From: Octopus sinensis
Lineage: Eukaryota
Reading direction: 5' to 3'
Length of the DNA stretch: 19,144 bases
Assembly (NCBI RefSeq): GCF_006345805.1
Contig: NW_021824285.1
Coordinates: 1 to 19,144, forward strand
The notes beneath the pieces are model-generated. The model saw only the letters and a list, made by a program, of their open reading frames with translations, searched no databases and had not been told where the DNA came from. The translations under genes and the position numbers were made by a program. Positions 1 through 10,811 of this stretch are shown here, one piece after another (within the stretch, counting starts at the first letter, position 1; each line of letters starts with the position of its first letter).

Positions 1-118
1 ATAGTTGAGGGATCATTCCCACTGCGTGGCAACTTGGCCCGGTGTTTCTTACCATAGCCTCGGACACACCGAAACCTTGTGAGTGGATTTGGTAGAATGA
101 AACTGAAAAATGTCAGAC
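1..118 (+). mobile_element. Family B SINE (tRNA head + CORE-like domain), partial; cut by the window start
   Basis: CCCACTGCGTGGCAACTTGG...CCTTGTGAGTGGATTTGGTAGA...AAACTGAAA matches the reverse complement of the copies at 15907-16228 and 18572-18887; it is followed by the family's internal (TA/TG)n tract. Confidence 0.85.
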
Positions 119-241
119 AAATATATACATATGTGTGTGTGTGTGTGCGTATGTCGTGTCTTTCTGTCTGTATCTGTGAATAGCAACTAAATCGAATAAA
201 CCTCCGAAGGAGATGTTTTCGTCTCTTTGTTCTGGCACAAA

Positions 242-326
242 ACATCATCATCATCGTCACCATCATCATCATCATCATCATCATCCTCATCATCATCTCA
301 TCATCATCATTATTATTATTATTATT

Positions 327-370
<44 letters not shown>

Positions 371-419
371 TATTATTAGTATTATTGTTATCATCATTAT
401 TATTATCATCATCATCATC

Positions 420-490
<71 letters not shown>

Positions 491-560
491 TAATTATTAT
501 TATTATTATTTGTAGTATTGTTGCTGTTATTTTCATCATCACCATCACCACCATCATCAT
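242..560. repeat. Compound (CAT)n/(TAT)n trinucleotide microsatellite
   Basis: Directly visible; source of the poly-His/Ile/Ser/Met ORFs. Confidence 0.98.
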
Positions 561-1059
561 CGCGAATTCGATAGCAAAACCTTTGACAAGAGAGTCCTCT
601 AAGGTGTTTAGAAGACATAAAGCGAACCGGATTGAAGTAGTTCTGGGTTGAGCAGTTTCCATTCTTGCAGCCATTTCATTTCGTTCGTGCTACTAATACT
701 CGCGAAAAGAATAACGGAGGATGCACATCATAATACCTGTTCTACTCTATAATTATAAACACTAGAGCTCTGTTGTATGGTAGAAAGCCTTATTTTCATT
801 GTTACAATATATCTAAGCTAACGGCAAACAAAATCTCAGATTAAATTGCATTTCATTAAATAATTTTTCACCGTGCAACAATCGAAGATACGACATGTCT
901 CCGAACACGAAGAAATAATGACTGAAGGAGTGAAATGACACACATTTGGTTTTATATGAGATGTAAAAACGTATATGAAGGTATATGTAGCTGTGTATAC
1001 GTGTGAATGAAAAGGGAGGTGTAAAGTGTATGCGTGTATATAAATATATATAAGTACAA

Positions 1060-1541
1060 GTTTCTATACGTATGTCTACATATACATATATTTGTATGAT
1101 TATATACATTTACATACATGTGCGTACATATATATGTATATATATATTTGTATATGTATGTATATATATGTGTGTATATATATATATATTTGTGCGTGTA
1201 TGTATATATATATATATATATATATTGCCTGTATACATACATACAAATATGTGTTTATGTGTGTGTGTATGTATGTATGTATATATATAATTTGTACAAG
1301 GTGACAGTTAGCTTAAAATGTAATTTTCATATCAACTAACTATATTGAATACAGGTGAAATCTCACAAGAACACGCACAGACACACAAAGACACACATAT
1401 AGAGATGCAAACACACGTATATATATATATATATGTATATGTATGTGTGCGTGTGTGTAGGTGTTATATATATGTATGTATATATATATATATATAATAT
1501 ATCATTATATATGTATGTAGTATGTATATATGTATAGTATG

Positions 1542-1572
<31 letters not shown>

Positions 1573-1618
1573 GTATATATATATCTGTATGTATGTTATA
1601 TATGTATGTATATATATG

Positions 1619-1651
<33 letters not shown>

Positions 1652-1734
1652 GTATATATATTATATGTATATAGATATATGTATATATATATATATATAT
1701 GTATATTATATATATAATAATATTATATATATAT

Positions 1735-1783
<49 letters not shown>

Positions 1784-1790
1784 TACATAC
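1060..1790. repeat. (TA)n/(TATG)n low-complexity microsatellite tracts (about 1060-1290 and 1410-1790)
   Basis: Directly visible. Confidence 0.97.
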
Positions 1791-2225
1791 GCATATCTAA
1801 AATAATAATGCGAAAACTAGTTTCTATATGATAGTGTGTCACACTTCGAACCCTCTCTCACTATTCATTGACACTCCTTCTATTGTTCATGTTGGTGTGA
1901 GAGTAATAATAGGCATAGAGACGGTGGGGGCGATGGTAATGACAGACCGAGAGAGAGAAAAAGTAATGGAGGGAGAGAATGAGAAACAAAGAAATTTGGG
2001 GAGAGCTGATGTTTTTATTAAAAGTAGTTGTGTTGATAGTGGCTTGCGAGAAATAAGAGAGAGAGTGAAAGAGTGGGAGAAAGAGGGACTGACCACTGAA
2101 CTAACATGCTCAAGTAACATACTGAACGAAAAGACAATTTTAGGCTTTTTGTGATGGTAATGCGGTGATAGAAATAGTATGGGCTGTATTTGTGATAGAG
2201 GGGGTGGTGGTGGTATATATATATA

Positions 2226-2431
2226 AAGTTAATCCAAACAAGAAAACAAAAACCAAAAAACAACATCGCAAGGACGTGGAACAAATAAAGTATTATTGGA
2301 CGCTCAGGAAAGAAGGGAAGAAGGAGGGTTTGACGCTTCGAGCGGAGCTCTTCGTCGGAAACATAGGAGAAGGAAAGATCCCGTGAAGGGAAGACAGGGG
2401 AAAAAATCGCTAGTGATACAGATGAGGTCAC
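2226..2431 (-). mobile_element. Penelope-like terminal-repeat (pLTR-like) non-autonomous element inserted in (TA)n
   Basis: Flanked by TA runs on both sides (2214-2225 and 2432-2451); contains a minimal hammerhead motif of the type found in Penelope-like elements; its 3' end (TTGTTTGGATTAACTTT) recurs at 6308-6334 and, in part, at 14852-14909. Confidence 0.7.
2328..2362 (-). ncRNA. Minimal type I hammerhead ribozyme motif, degenerate (two core substitutions)
   Basis: Minus strand reads GTTT-CCGACGA-A-GAGC-TCC-GCTC-GAAG-C-GTC-AAAC: stem I GUUU/AAAC, stem II GAGC/GCUC, cleavage triplet GUC. Core is CCGACGA instead of CUGANGA, and GAAG instead of GAAA. Confidence 0.7.
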
Positions 2432-2699
<268 letters not shown>

Positions 2700-3664
2700 A
2701 AAAATATTGTATATATGCATTGCAGAAAAGTACAGTGGATTTTGATAACTATTTGCTAGCTATTGGTTAAAAAGAAACGTCTAAGCGCAATTTCCCTCAT
2801 TATAATATTGAAATACGCATGGGAGATGAAATAATTTTACAAATTTAGTTACTTGTAAATCATCAATTAATCAAACTGTTCAAATTATTCCTCTTCATGA
2901 TCAATACACTTGACTAATCGATTTTAAATCTAATTGAGCGAAATTAAAACGATTAAATAATTAACACTGATCGCTTACTAATTTCAACAAATTTCGGCGA
3001 AACACACATAAACCCCCCCGCCCCCTGCACATGTACTCCCGCTCGCTATCTCCCTCCTCCCCCGTCTCTCTCACCCACACATTCACATATTTGTGTCTGC
3101 ATGTACGTATGCTTGTGTGCATACCATTATGCAGGTATGTTTCTGCATATGCCTGCATGCATGTATGTTTGCATATGCTTTCAAGTTGCAACTTTCTCTT
3201 TTGCACATTGGTAGCTGTGATTATGCAAACGAGCGCACAATTTTTACCAAAAATAATCAAAGACTAAGTTGCCATTTTTTTTTCTATTCTGATACATTCT
3301 CAAAAAGGAATCGTATATTTTTTTTTTTAATTAAAATAGATTAATTATGCATATTTCTGCTGTATTTTCAAAGAAAACTGTATTTTCTATGAAAATAAAA
3401 ATAAACCTGTGAGAGAAATCTTTATTTTAGATTCCATAATAATTATTGAAATGTGTGTGTGTGGTGTGTGTGGTATGTGTGTGTATATGTATTATCAATA
3501 TCGATGCGTGTGAAGAATACTTTAACCCAGTTACTAAAAATATTTAATGCTGAACTTGGCAATTACGGCTTAGAACTGCAAATAATTTTTCCTTCTTAAT
3601 TCTCTTCAGATAAATCGCCGCTCTGACGCTTGTTCCGCCACTTGACGTTCTGGGTTCAAATATG

Positions 3665-3895
3665 TTTCTTTATTACCCACAAGGGGCTAAACACAGAGGG
3701 GACAAGCAAGGACAGACAAACGAATTAAGTCGAATATATCGACCCTAGTGCGTAGCTGGTACTTAATTTATCGACCCCGAAAGGATGAAAAGCAAAATCG
3801 ACCTCGGCGGAATTTGAACTCAGTACGTAACGGCAGACGAAATACGGCTACGTATTTCGTCCGGCGTGCTAACGGTTCTGCCAGCTAGCCGCCTT
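3665..3895 (-). mobile_element. Family A tRNA-derived SINE, monomer (central domain resembles Meta/Sauria-type SINE domain)
   Basis: Near-identical to copies at 8875-9100, 11023-11444 and 13078-13494; B-box-like GAGTTCAAATTCC; central (G)CTTTTCATCCTTTCGGGGTCGAT...AAGTACCAG. Confidence 0.93.
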
Positions 3896-3977
3896 CAAGA
3901 ACACAACGCGTCGCCCGGTCCAGGAATCGAAGCCACAATCTTACGATCATGATGTTGACACCCTAACGACTAAGCCA
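3896..3977 (-). mobile_element. Family D SINE: tRNA-like head only
   Basis: Minus strand TGGCTTAGTCGTTAGGG (A-box-like) ... GCTTCGATTCCTGG (B-box-like) ... GTTCTTGA; truncated where the family A copy begins. Confidence 0.75.
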
Positions 3978-4235
3978 GTAACGTGGTTCACTTTGCCTCC
4001 CACCCTTTTGTGGTCAATAACACAAATGCCAGCTGAACCCTAAAGTCGATATAATCGACCTTAACTCCTCGTCCAAAATTGCTGATTTTGTGCCAAAAGT
4101 GTTGTTGTTCTAGCTGCTGTTGCGCTGCTTCTGTCGTTGTTGTTGTTGTTAATGACTTTATGATTCATGTTGTTGACGTTGTTATTGTTACTGTGGCGTT
4201 TGTTGCTAGTGCCGTAGATTTATTTATTAACTCCT

Positions 4236-4290
4236 AGCTCAGCCTTGATTCAGCAGTGTTATGAACAAACGCGTTCCAGCCGTGACCGTT
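4236..4290 (+). repeat. Short diverged interspersed repeat; inverted copy at about 8686-8735
   Basis: CCTTGATTCAGCAGTGTTATGAACAAACGCGTTCCAGCCGTGACCGT versus the reverse complement of 8686-8735, CTGATCAAGTAAGTCTTTGATCAAAGCTTTCCTGCCGTGACCAT. Confidence 0.5.
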
Positions 4291-4966
4291 CACTAAGCTT
4301 TTATAAGACGTCTTCATCCTCAATTTCTTTTTAAAATGGTCGTTTCTGACCGAGGAAGATATAGACAGATACTTCTAGTTCATCGCCCGTCCACGTACAA
4401 GTTCTCTTTACGGCTGTAGCTTATCAATGATTACCGTTTTTCTTTTTTCTTTCTTATAATTTTTAACGTGGACAGTAAATCATTTAGCCGTGATCATCTT
4501 ATCTTTCGCGTCAATACCGAGGGCACCCAGAACTAAATTACCCGACGCGTCATTTGCTGGGTGTGATTTCAAATTTTGACTGCTATTTCTAGCAGTTGAG
4601 ACAAGCACGTAGGAGTTCCAAGTTTAAGTATTGCCGATACGCTTTTCTTCTTCTCAGATATTATTATTATATGTACTAAGCATAAACTATGATCGATTTC
4701 ATCGATTAGACCCTCCCGTGCAAATTTATGGCCCTTTGTCAATGTAACAAATCGATGATTTTGGTCTGTGTGGCAAATGCGATAAATCAAGGCATAATTA
4801 CCATCAAACTGATTTGGTGCCGTAATATCGATTACTAATACAAATCATTTCAAATTCACCTTACGGAAGGAAAAGCAAAAATAAAATGGATCTCAGTCAG
4901 TTTCGACGAATGTTCCAGTCGTACGTTCGAATAAGAGTTTAGATGTATATATATTCCACCCTTAAG

Positions 4967-5097
4967 GAAAACTCGGTGGGACGGCGTGTAAGAAGACCGT
5001 TCATGGAATTACAGATCCATTCAATAAGACAGGATTCCGAACAGTTCCTTCCTTCCCTATTCCAGATCAAAACCGAGCAAAACCAAGATTACGGTGA
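4967..5097 (+). CDS. Candidate terminal coding exon, unidentified: (G)KLGGTACKKTVHGITDPFNKTGFRTVPSFPIPDQNRAKPRLR*
   Basis: Acceptor-like TTCCACCCTTAAG|, open frame to TGA at 5095-5097, non-repetitive GC-elevated sequence, AATAAA near 5605, 5703 and 5750. No family recognised; the phase-0 frame is also open to 5203. Confidence 0.18.
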
Positions 5098-5829
5098 AAC
5101 AAATTTTGTCCAGGTCACCGCCATATTATGTTGCAATAATCACGTTAACATTTGGGCCAACATGTTTGCTGTCTCCTCTCTGCTTTCTCTACCGCTACTA
5201 TAACGGCATCTGCTGGGCTCATATTTCCTCTACTCAGTTATTCTCCTCCCTACTCATCTCTCCTCCTTTCATTACCCTTGTCGTATCCAATCCCACCAGA
5301 TACTACACCGATCCTTATGTCCGTTACACCCAGGCCTTGCTTATCAGAACATCGGTGCTCCGGGACTCTCTCCTTGATCAAGTCTTCCTACAGATCAATA
5401 TATAAGAGATCAATCTCACAGGTCCCGGCAGACCTCCGAAAGTCATGTCATAGGCAATGTCCCCTCTTCAAGACGCAGCAACCGGATGATTAAGAAAACA
5501 ACAGAAATCAGCAAAGCCTGCGTAATTATTTCAAAAGAAAGAAACCCCCTTTCTGATCGTTCAGTTGATGTAAACAACAGCCTACTATCTTAAATGAAGA
5601 ACAGAATAAACTCACTCGCCACTGTCTTAAAGAAACGTTGCATAAATAATGTTAACAACACCTTTTTTTTTCGTTTCCATCCTATGACCAATGGCATCGG
5701 CTCAATAAAGTCGTTTAAGCACCGCACAGAATATCTTGCAGTATTCGATAAATAAACGACCTGTGCAGCCAAGGTTCAATTTTTTTTTGTCTGTGAATAT
5801 TTTTCTTCTTCTGTATTCCATATGTTTAG

Positions 5830-5861
5830 AATGAACAAAATGGACCGTACGTCACGAAGAG
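5830..5861 (+). CDS. Candidate 32-nt micro-exon (NEQNGPYVTK. or MNKMDRTSRR.)
   Basis: Long polypyrimidine tract + TTTAG acceptor, and AG|GTAAGG donor; no homology recognised. Confidence 0.2.
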
Positions 5862-6307
5862 GTAAGGGCTCAAAGTAAGAGAAGGCCTTTCAGACCATCC
5901 TAGATCCGTTCTGGTAGCATGTTAATGATGTTTACGAGCAGACATTAGCTCTTCTTTGAAACTCCTTTATTTCTCATCGTTAACCAGCTAGGGGGAGATG
6001 TCCTCTTGAGATTAAAAATTCGAAGTAGACGCCGCTCGAACGGGCAACCATGATAAAGTGGCTGCGAATATTACTGGTCAGTACAACTACTGCGATGATC
6101 TCTTAGAGAGATTTTAGAACTAGTATTTTTGCTTATATACATGTGTGTGTGTATATATATATATATGTGTGTGCGTGTGTGTGTGAGTACACACGTGTGT
6201 AGAACACTGTAGTCTCGCTGATGTAACTGGATGCAGATTGTGAAACAGCCGTGAACAAATAGAATAAATATTTCATCTATCACTTCACCGAATTTTGATT
6301 AATTATA

Positions 6308-6329
6308 TTGTGCTTTCTTGTTTGGATTA

Positions 6330-6334
<5 letters not shown>
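6308..6334 (+). mobile_element. 3'-terminal stub of the Penelope-like element, joined to (TA)n
   Basis: TTGTGCTTTCTTGTTTGGATTAACTTT followed by about 55 nt of TA; same terminus as 2226-2250. Confidence 0.75.
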
Positions 6335-6393
<59 letters not shown>

Positions 6394-7922
6394 TACATAC
6401 ATATATATATTTAAATGAGAATTTAGCGGTGATATTTATGAATACCAACGAACTTACTAGGGGAAAGTATCTATGGGTGTGTTCACCTCCCAAAATACAC
6501 ATGTATGTTCTCAAAAATAGAATTCTGTGAACTCACAAATATGATATACGGTACACTCTCACACATTTAATAAAGTCGGTTGAAAAATTTTGATGACGTG
6601 CGATAAGCGAGTCTATAAACACATGAATCACCTAAATTCACACGAATCTACATTGTTGTCCATAATCTCCATCGATTTCCATCAAATGATCCTGTTGGAG
6701 TTATTTCCCTTGTTTGTTGCTTTAGATTTTAAACACCCCCTAGAGGGAGATGTTGCTTATACATTTCTTGAATATTTTCATTTCAGACTTGATTGAAGTA
6801 TTTTACCTCAGTATATTACATATATAAGCGACCTCTAACGTATTTATAAAAGAACTAATAAGAACAAACGGATGTATGCAGAAAGAAGAAAGGGAATAGG
6901 ACAATGTGACTTTGGGGGCTTTTCGCCAAGCCCCTAGCAACTCGATAGAAGTTTCTCAGATCGAACTTTGACTCACCCCGCGTTGCAGATTTGATTTGCT
7001 ACCGGCTTATATCTATTCACTGATCCTCACTAGTAACAAAATTTGTATTTCTGGCTTGTATCGATCGACTTTTGCTTTTCCAATAATAGTAATTGTAATG
7101 TATTTTAGTGCGCTGCCATTTCTGTTATGACTAAAATAATTATTTTGCTTTTAATGTACTGTCACTCGTAATCCTACTGTTATAATTTATATATTTCACT
7201 GAGGTGAATTTATCGGTAAGGTTTTTCTGAGATTAAACTGCCTCATTATGTGTCAGCTGCATATGTGAGCATCGCACAATTTAATTTTTGATTGATGCAA
7301 CAGAGTTAAATACAAAACAACATACAACAAAGATGTTCAACTAATTTTATTGCCAATAACGATAACAATAATTAATTTGGTTAGGAAATCTGCTTTGTGT
7401 AAAAGTTTTCGCGAACGCTGTCATAAGAACCGTTTACTTTCGAATTTATTTTATGTTGTGAAAGTATGAAATAGGAAATATTCCCCCTACCAATCCGAAG
7501 AAAAGATTAAGGACCTTTTTGTTCTTGGCACATGTCGCAATTGTCACAATTTATGTATCAAAGAGAGATGCGATAAGAAATTATAGTTATAACCTTTTCT
7601 TCATAATATCTATGCCGCCATCATTTCGAAGCCGTTCGTTTCATGTTTATATCCAAGAAAGCTATCTCTATCGGTAAGGGTCGCTTTTCTATCGAACATC
7701 TTAATATATACCTACAATCAGAAGATTGCTACTTTTTGTACTTTCTCTGTAATCGGTAAATATTCGTTTTTATTCCAACTTTTCCCTTTGATTGTAAATG
7801 GAAAGTTCAAAGAACTCCTCTCTGACCGGAGTTCAATCAGTGACAATGCGGACTTAAATAGCAGATTCCTTCTCTGACTCCGAAATTATGTTTACTTTCA
7901 ATCTTCCTGTTCATTGGTTTAG

Positions 7923-7969
7923 GGATGACATCAGAGGAGATGGGAATCGATACGCTCGCTGAAATGTAG
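7923..7969 (+). CDS. Candidate short exon (MTSEEMGIDTLAEM* or DDIRGDGNRYAR*)
   Basis: Acceptor-like TTTACTTTCAATCTTCCTGTTCATTGGTTTAG|; joins in frame to 5830-5861 in two frames; no nearby AATAAA. Confidence 0.15.
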
Positions 7970-8409
7970 CACTCTTAATATATTTTAATACATATCTTTT
8001 GCTCGGCTGGCATTTATAAATCAATAACAATTATATTGGATGACAAATAGTCTACCAAAATCTAGATCTATGGTGATAGTTAATCTTGGCGCTTTTATGG
8101 CTGTCTGGTAAGAAAAAGTCTACTTCGCAACCGCTATGTCCGCATTCAATTTCATTGTAAGACAGACACTTTGTCATACGTTGTCCAACGGATTTCAACC
8201 ATAATTTGAAGTGTGTAAAAGTATATAGAGGGAAATTTTATGAAAATGAGATCTTCATCTGTTCTCGGGGGTGGAGGGCATATAATTATTCTCAGATGCA
8301 TTTAAAAGGCTTCACTTTGTTGAACGTATTCAGTCCAGGCCCTACTCTGAAGAGAACTCGATACCTTATTGCAGTTCTTCTCGCTATTTTCCAATTTGTC
8401 TGATTAAGC

Positions 8410-8520
8410 CACGGGGGACAAAAACAAACAAAAGAGGAAGTTATTTTATTAACACTAAAGTGTGAAAGACAATGTCGATCGGGACGAGTTGGATTTGAAC
8501 TCAGAACGTTGAGTGGTACA
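8410..8520 (-). mobile_element. Highly diverged family-A-related SINE remnant
   Basis: GAAAGACAATGTCGATC...GGATTTGAACTCAGAACGT resembles GAAAGGCAAAGTCGACC...GAATTTGAACTCAGAACGT. Confidence 0.55.
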
Positions 8521-8874
8521 AATAACGATCGCAAACCTGACAGCTGCAGCCAACGGAATTGTATTTATACCCTGCTTTGATCTGGTAAAATTAGCTGCCG
8601 GATTCCTTAGAAACAACACCTGAACAACATCAAGAGGAAGGACACATTGACTCATGTAACCTCGGTTACATTACTGACAGTAGATATGGTCACGGCAGGA
8701 AAGCTTTGATCAAAGACTTACTTGATCAGAAGTCTACCACAGGCTAAACAGGAACAACCTGCAGAACAGATGTCCTTTTTTAGATGCTGCCGTCGTTCAT
8801 GTCGTTGTTTTAGCCCTTGGTCATTCTCAATCGCGTGAAGAGGTCTATGGCTATAAGTGATCCAAACATGCTTA

Positions 8875-9100
8875 TACCTGTTTCTTTACTACCCACAAGG
8901 GGCTTAACACAGAGAGGACAAACAAACGGATTAAGTCGATTATATCGACCCCAGTGCGTAACTGGTACTTAATTTATCGACCCGAGAGGATGAAAGGCAA
9001 AGTCGACCTCGGCAGAATTTGAACTCAGAACGTAAAGACAAACGAAATACGGCTACGCATTTCACCCGGCGTGCTAACATTTCTGCCAGCTCGCCACCTT
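8875..9100 (-). mobile_element. Family A SINE, full head, small internal deletion in the tail
   Basis: Collinear with 3665-3895; lacks about 10 bp of ACAAGGACAG. Confidence 0.92.
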
Positions 9101-9271
9101 CAAAACAGACGAAATACCTATTTCTTTACAGCCCACAAGAAGCTACATACAGAGGGGACAAACTGGGTAAGTCGATTATACTGACCCCAGTGCGTAACTG
9201 GTACTTATTTAATCGACCCCGAAAGGATGAAAGGTAATGTCGACCTCGGCGGAATTTGAACTCAGAACGTA
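9101..9271 (-). mobile_element. Family A SINE, 5'-truncated, tandem with the previous copy
   Basis: Body collinear with family A; its tail reads into GGTATTTCGTCTG. Candidate degenerate TSD CCAA(A/G)CATGCT(T/A)A at 8862-8874 and 9275-9287 around both copies. Confidence 0.88.
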
Positions 9272-10360
9272 GCACCAAGCATGCTAAAACCACGCACTGT
9301 ATTACCCGCTGTGTCCTTGTTCTTTTGTATGTGTGTATAACGTAGGATTTGAGTGAGATTTACTTGCATGTTTTTGTCGAGCAATTTGGGAATTAGTGCC
9401 ACGGGCGAATGTTTATTGAAATGATAACACTGAAATAGGGTAGATATTTATTAAAGAAACGATTCAAAACTACTCACACTGATAGACTGGCTCTCACAAA
9501 GATCTCCTTCAGTATAAGGAGGAAGAATTTATTTTCCAATATCTGACAAGTATCCATGCTAAAATATTACCTTGAATGCCGGAGTTTAAAACCTGCATCT
9601 TTTATTCATAAATGTGGCAAAAAAAATGTCCATGCGTTAAATGAAAGTGAGTGTGTGAGTTTGATGAAATACATTAAATTTGGTTCTTCTACACAATATA
9701 ATTTCTCCACAAAAATGTAGAGCTACGTCTAATGCAAGAGTGCGTCTCATACAGTGGCAAAAAAAAACGAATTGAAACAAAATGGCTGAAATGAGAAAGA
9801 AATTTCGTTACTCTATATCCGTCTCACCACATTCTTATTCTCTGCAGCTGCCATTCACGTATTGATATTTTCAAAGGTCTACAGAATTATCGGTGAGAAA
9901 ACAAGGTTTGTTTTTTTATGCTATTTTTGTTTCATATTTTTTACGTTTTTTTTTGTTGTTTTTTTTTTTTGCTTTTTTTAATATCTGGTATGTTAATATG
10001 CCAACGCTGTTCGATCAATATTAATTTATTCCATATTCAGAAATTATACGTATCAATAATTCGATCAGACCAACAATCACTTATAAAGTTTTTTTTCTTT
10101 GTCTGAACTACAGGCTATTCTGGGATTTTTATAACCATACTTCAAAACTTTGCGAATTACATATAACACTCTATGGGCAGTTAGTACACGAAAGATTTTT
10201 TGGGCTTGCTACACTCACTGGATGGCGATCTGGATGGGATTCCATCACGACTGGTTTGATCGATTATATCGACAATAATAATTACTTCTATCTAATGCAT
10301 ATTTCATTGATCGCTTAACTTCAAGACACAGGACGTAAAAAGACAGACAGAAATACACAC

Positions 10361-10386
10361 AGGCACACACACACACATGCACGCGC

Positions 10387-10421
<35 letters not shown>

Positions 10422-10521
10422 ATGTATGTATGTCTGCGTGGGTATATATATGCGTGTGTGTGTGTGTGTGTGTATGTGTGTGTATATGTGTGTGTTTGTG
10501 TTTGTGTGTGTGTGTGTATGT

Positions 10522-10560
<39 letters not shown>

Positions 10561-10582
10561 TGTGTATGTGTGTGTTTGTGTT

Positions 10583-10622
<40 letters not shown>
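10361..10622. repeat. (CA)n/(TG)n microsatellite
   Basis: Directly visible. Confidence 0.98.
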
Positions 10623-10623
<1 letters not shown>

Positions 10624-10655
10624 AACTGGCTTGATGTCCGACAATGAAAGCGAAT

Positions 10656-10811
10656 TTAAACCAACATGCATTTGGCGTGAGCTTCTTTTCCACTCAACTC
10701 TGCCTGCAACTTCGCTTTATATTTTGAGATTTGGTGTCTTTCATTAACGACTCTGTTGCAGCTGTTCCTTTCCTCTTCACCATCATCATCTTCATCCTCT
10801 GCATCTTCATG
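10656..10811 (-). CDS. Candidate terminal coding exon, acidic stretch + C-terminal CaaX motif: HEDAEDEDDDGEEERNSCNRVVNERHQISKYKAKLQAELSGKEAHAKCMLV*
   Basis: Minus-strand acceptor-like TTTACGTTTAAG|CAT, 51 open codons, ends CMLV then TAA; minus-strand AATAAA at 10025-10030. Not in the ORF track because this frame has no upstream ATG. No family recognised. Confidence 0.3.
   Translation of the reverse strand, partial: HEDAEDEDDDGEEERNSCNRVVNERHQISKYKAKLQAELSGKEAHAKCMLV

Larger units (their letters stand above)
3610..4100 (+). mobile_element. Old, diverged family-A-related SINE split by younger insertions
   Basis: Head fragment GACGTTCTGGGTTCAAAT ends near 3661; the continuation CACTTTGCCTCCCACCCTTTTGTGGTCAATAA...GTCGATATAATCGACC resumes near 3985 and is collinear with the family A sequence. 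Confidence 0.6.

Noticed and set aside
213-651. Poly-His/Ile/Ser/Met ORFs
   Set aside because: Translations of the (CAT)n/(TAT)n microsatellite in several frames.
813-1339. YI/CV/HT-rich ORFs here and at 2304-2720, 6071-6530, 10304-10747, 14745-15522, 16122-17133 and 18388-18787
   Set aside because: Microsatellite or SINE translation artefacts, open in many frames on both strands.
4972-4990. Seed-length matches to miR-278 (TCGGTGGGAC) and, near 12514-12524 on the minus strand, miR-71 (GAAAGACATGG)
   Set aside because: Matches stop after 10-11 nt, and no precursor hairpin is evident.
6736-6752. CTCF-like CCCCTAGAGGGAG (similar at about 5985-6000)
   Set aside because: Partial match only, with no independent support.
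6912-6937. Small hairpin GGGGCTT-TTCGCC-AAGCCCC (also CACCCAG/CTGGGTG at about 4525-4563)
   Set aside because: Short isolated stems; not histone stem-loop consensus, and too short for a pre-miRNA.
6971-7030. Strong minus-strand donor GGG|GTGAGT with an upstream acceptor
   Set aside because: The implied 53-nt exon has stops in all three frames; at most non-coding, and unsupported.
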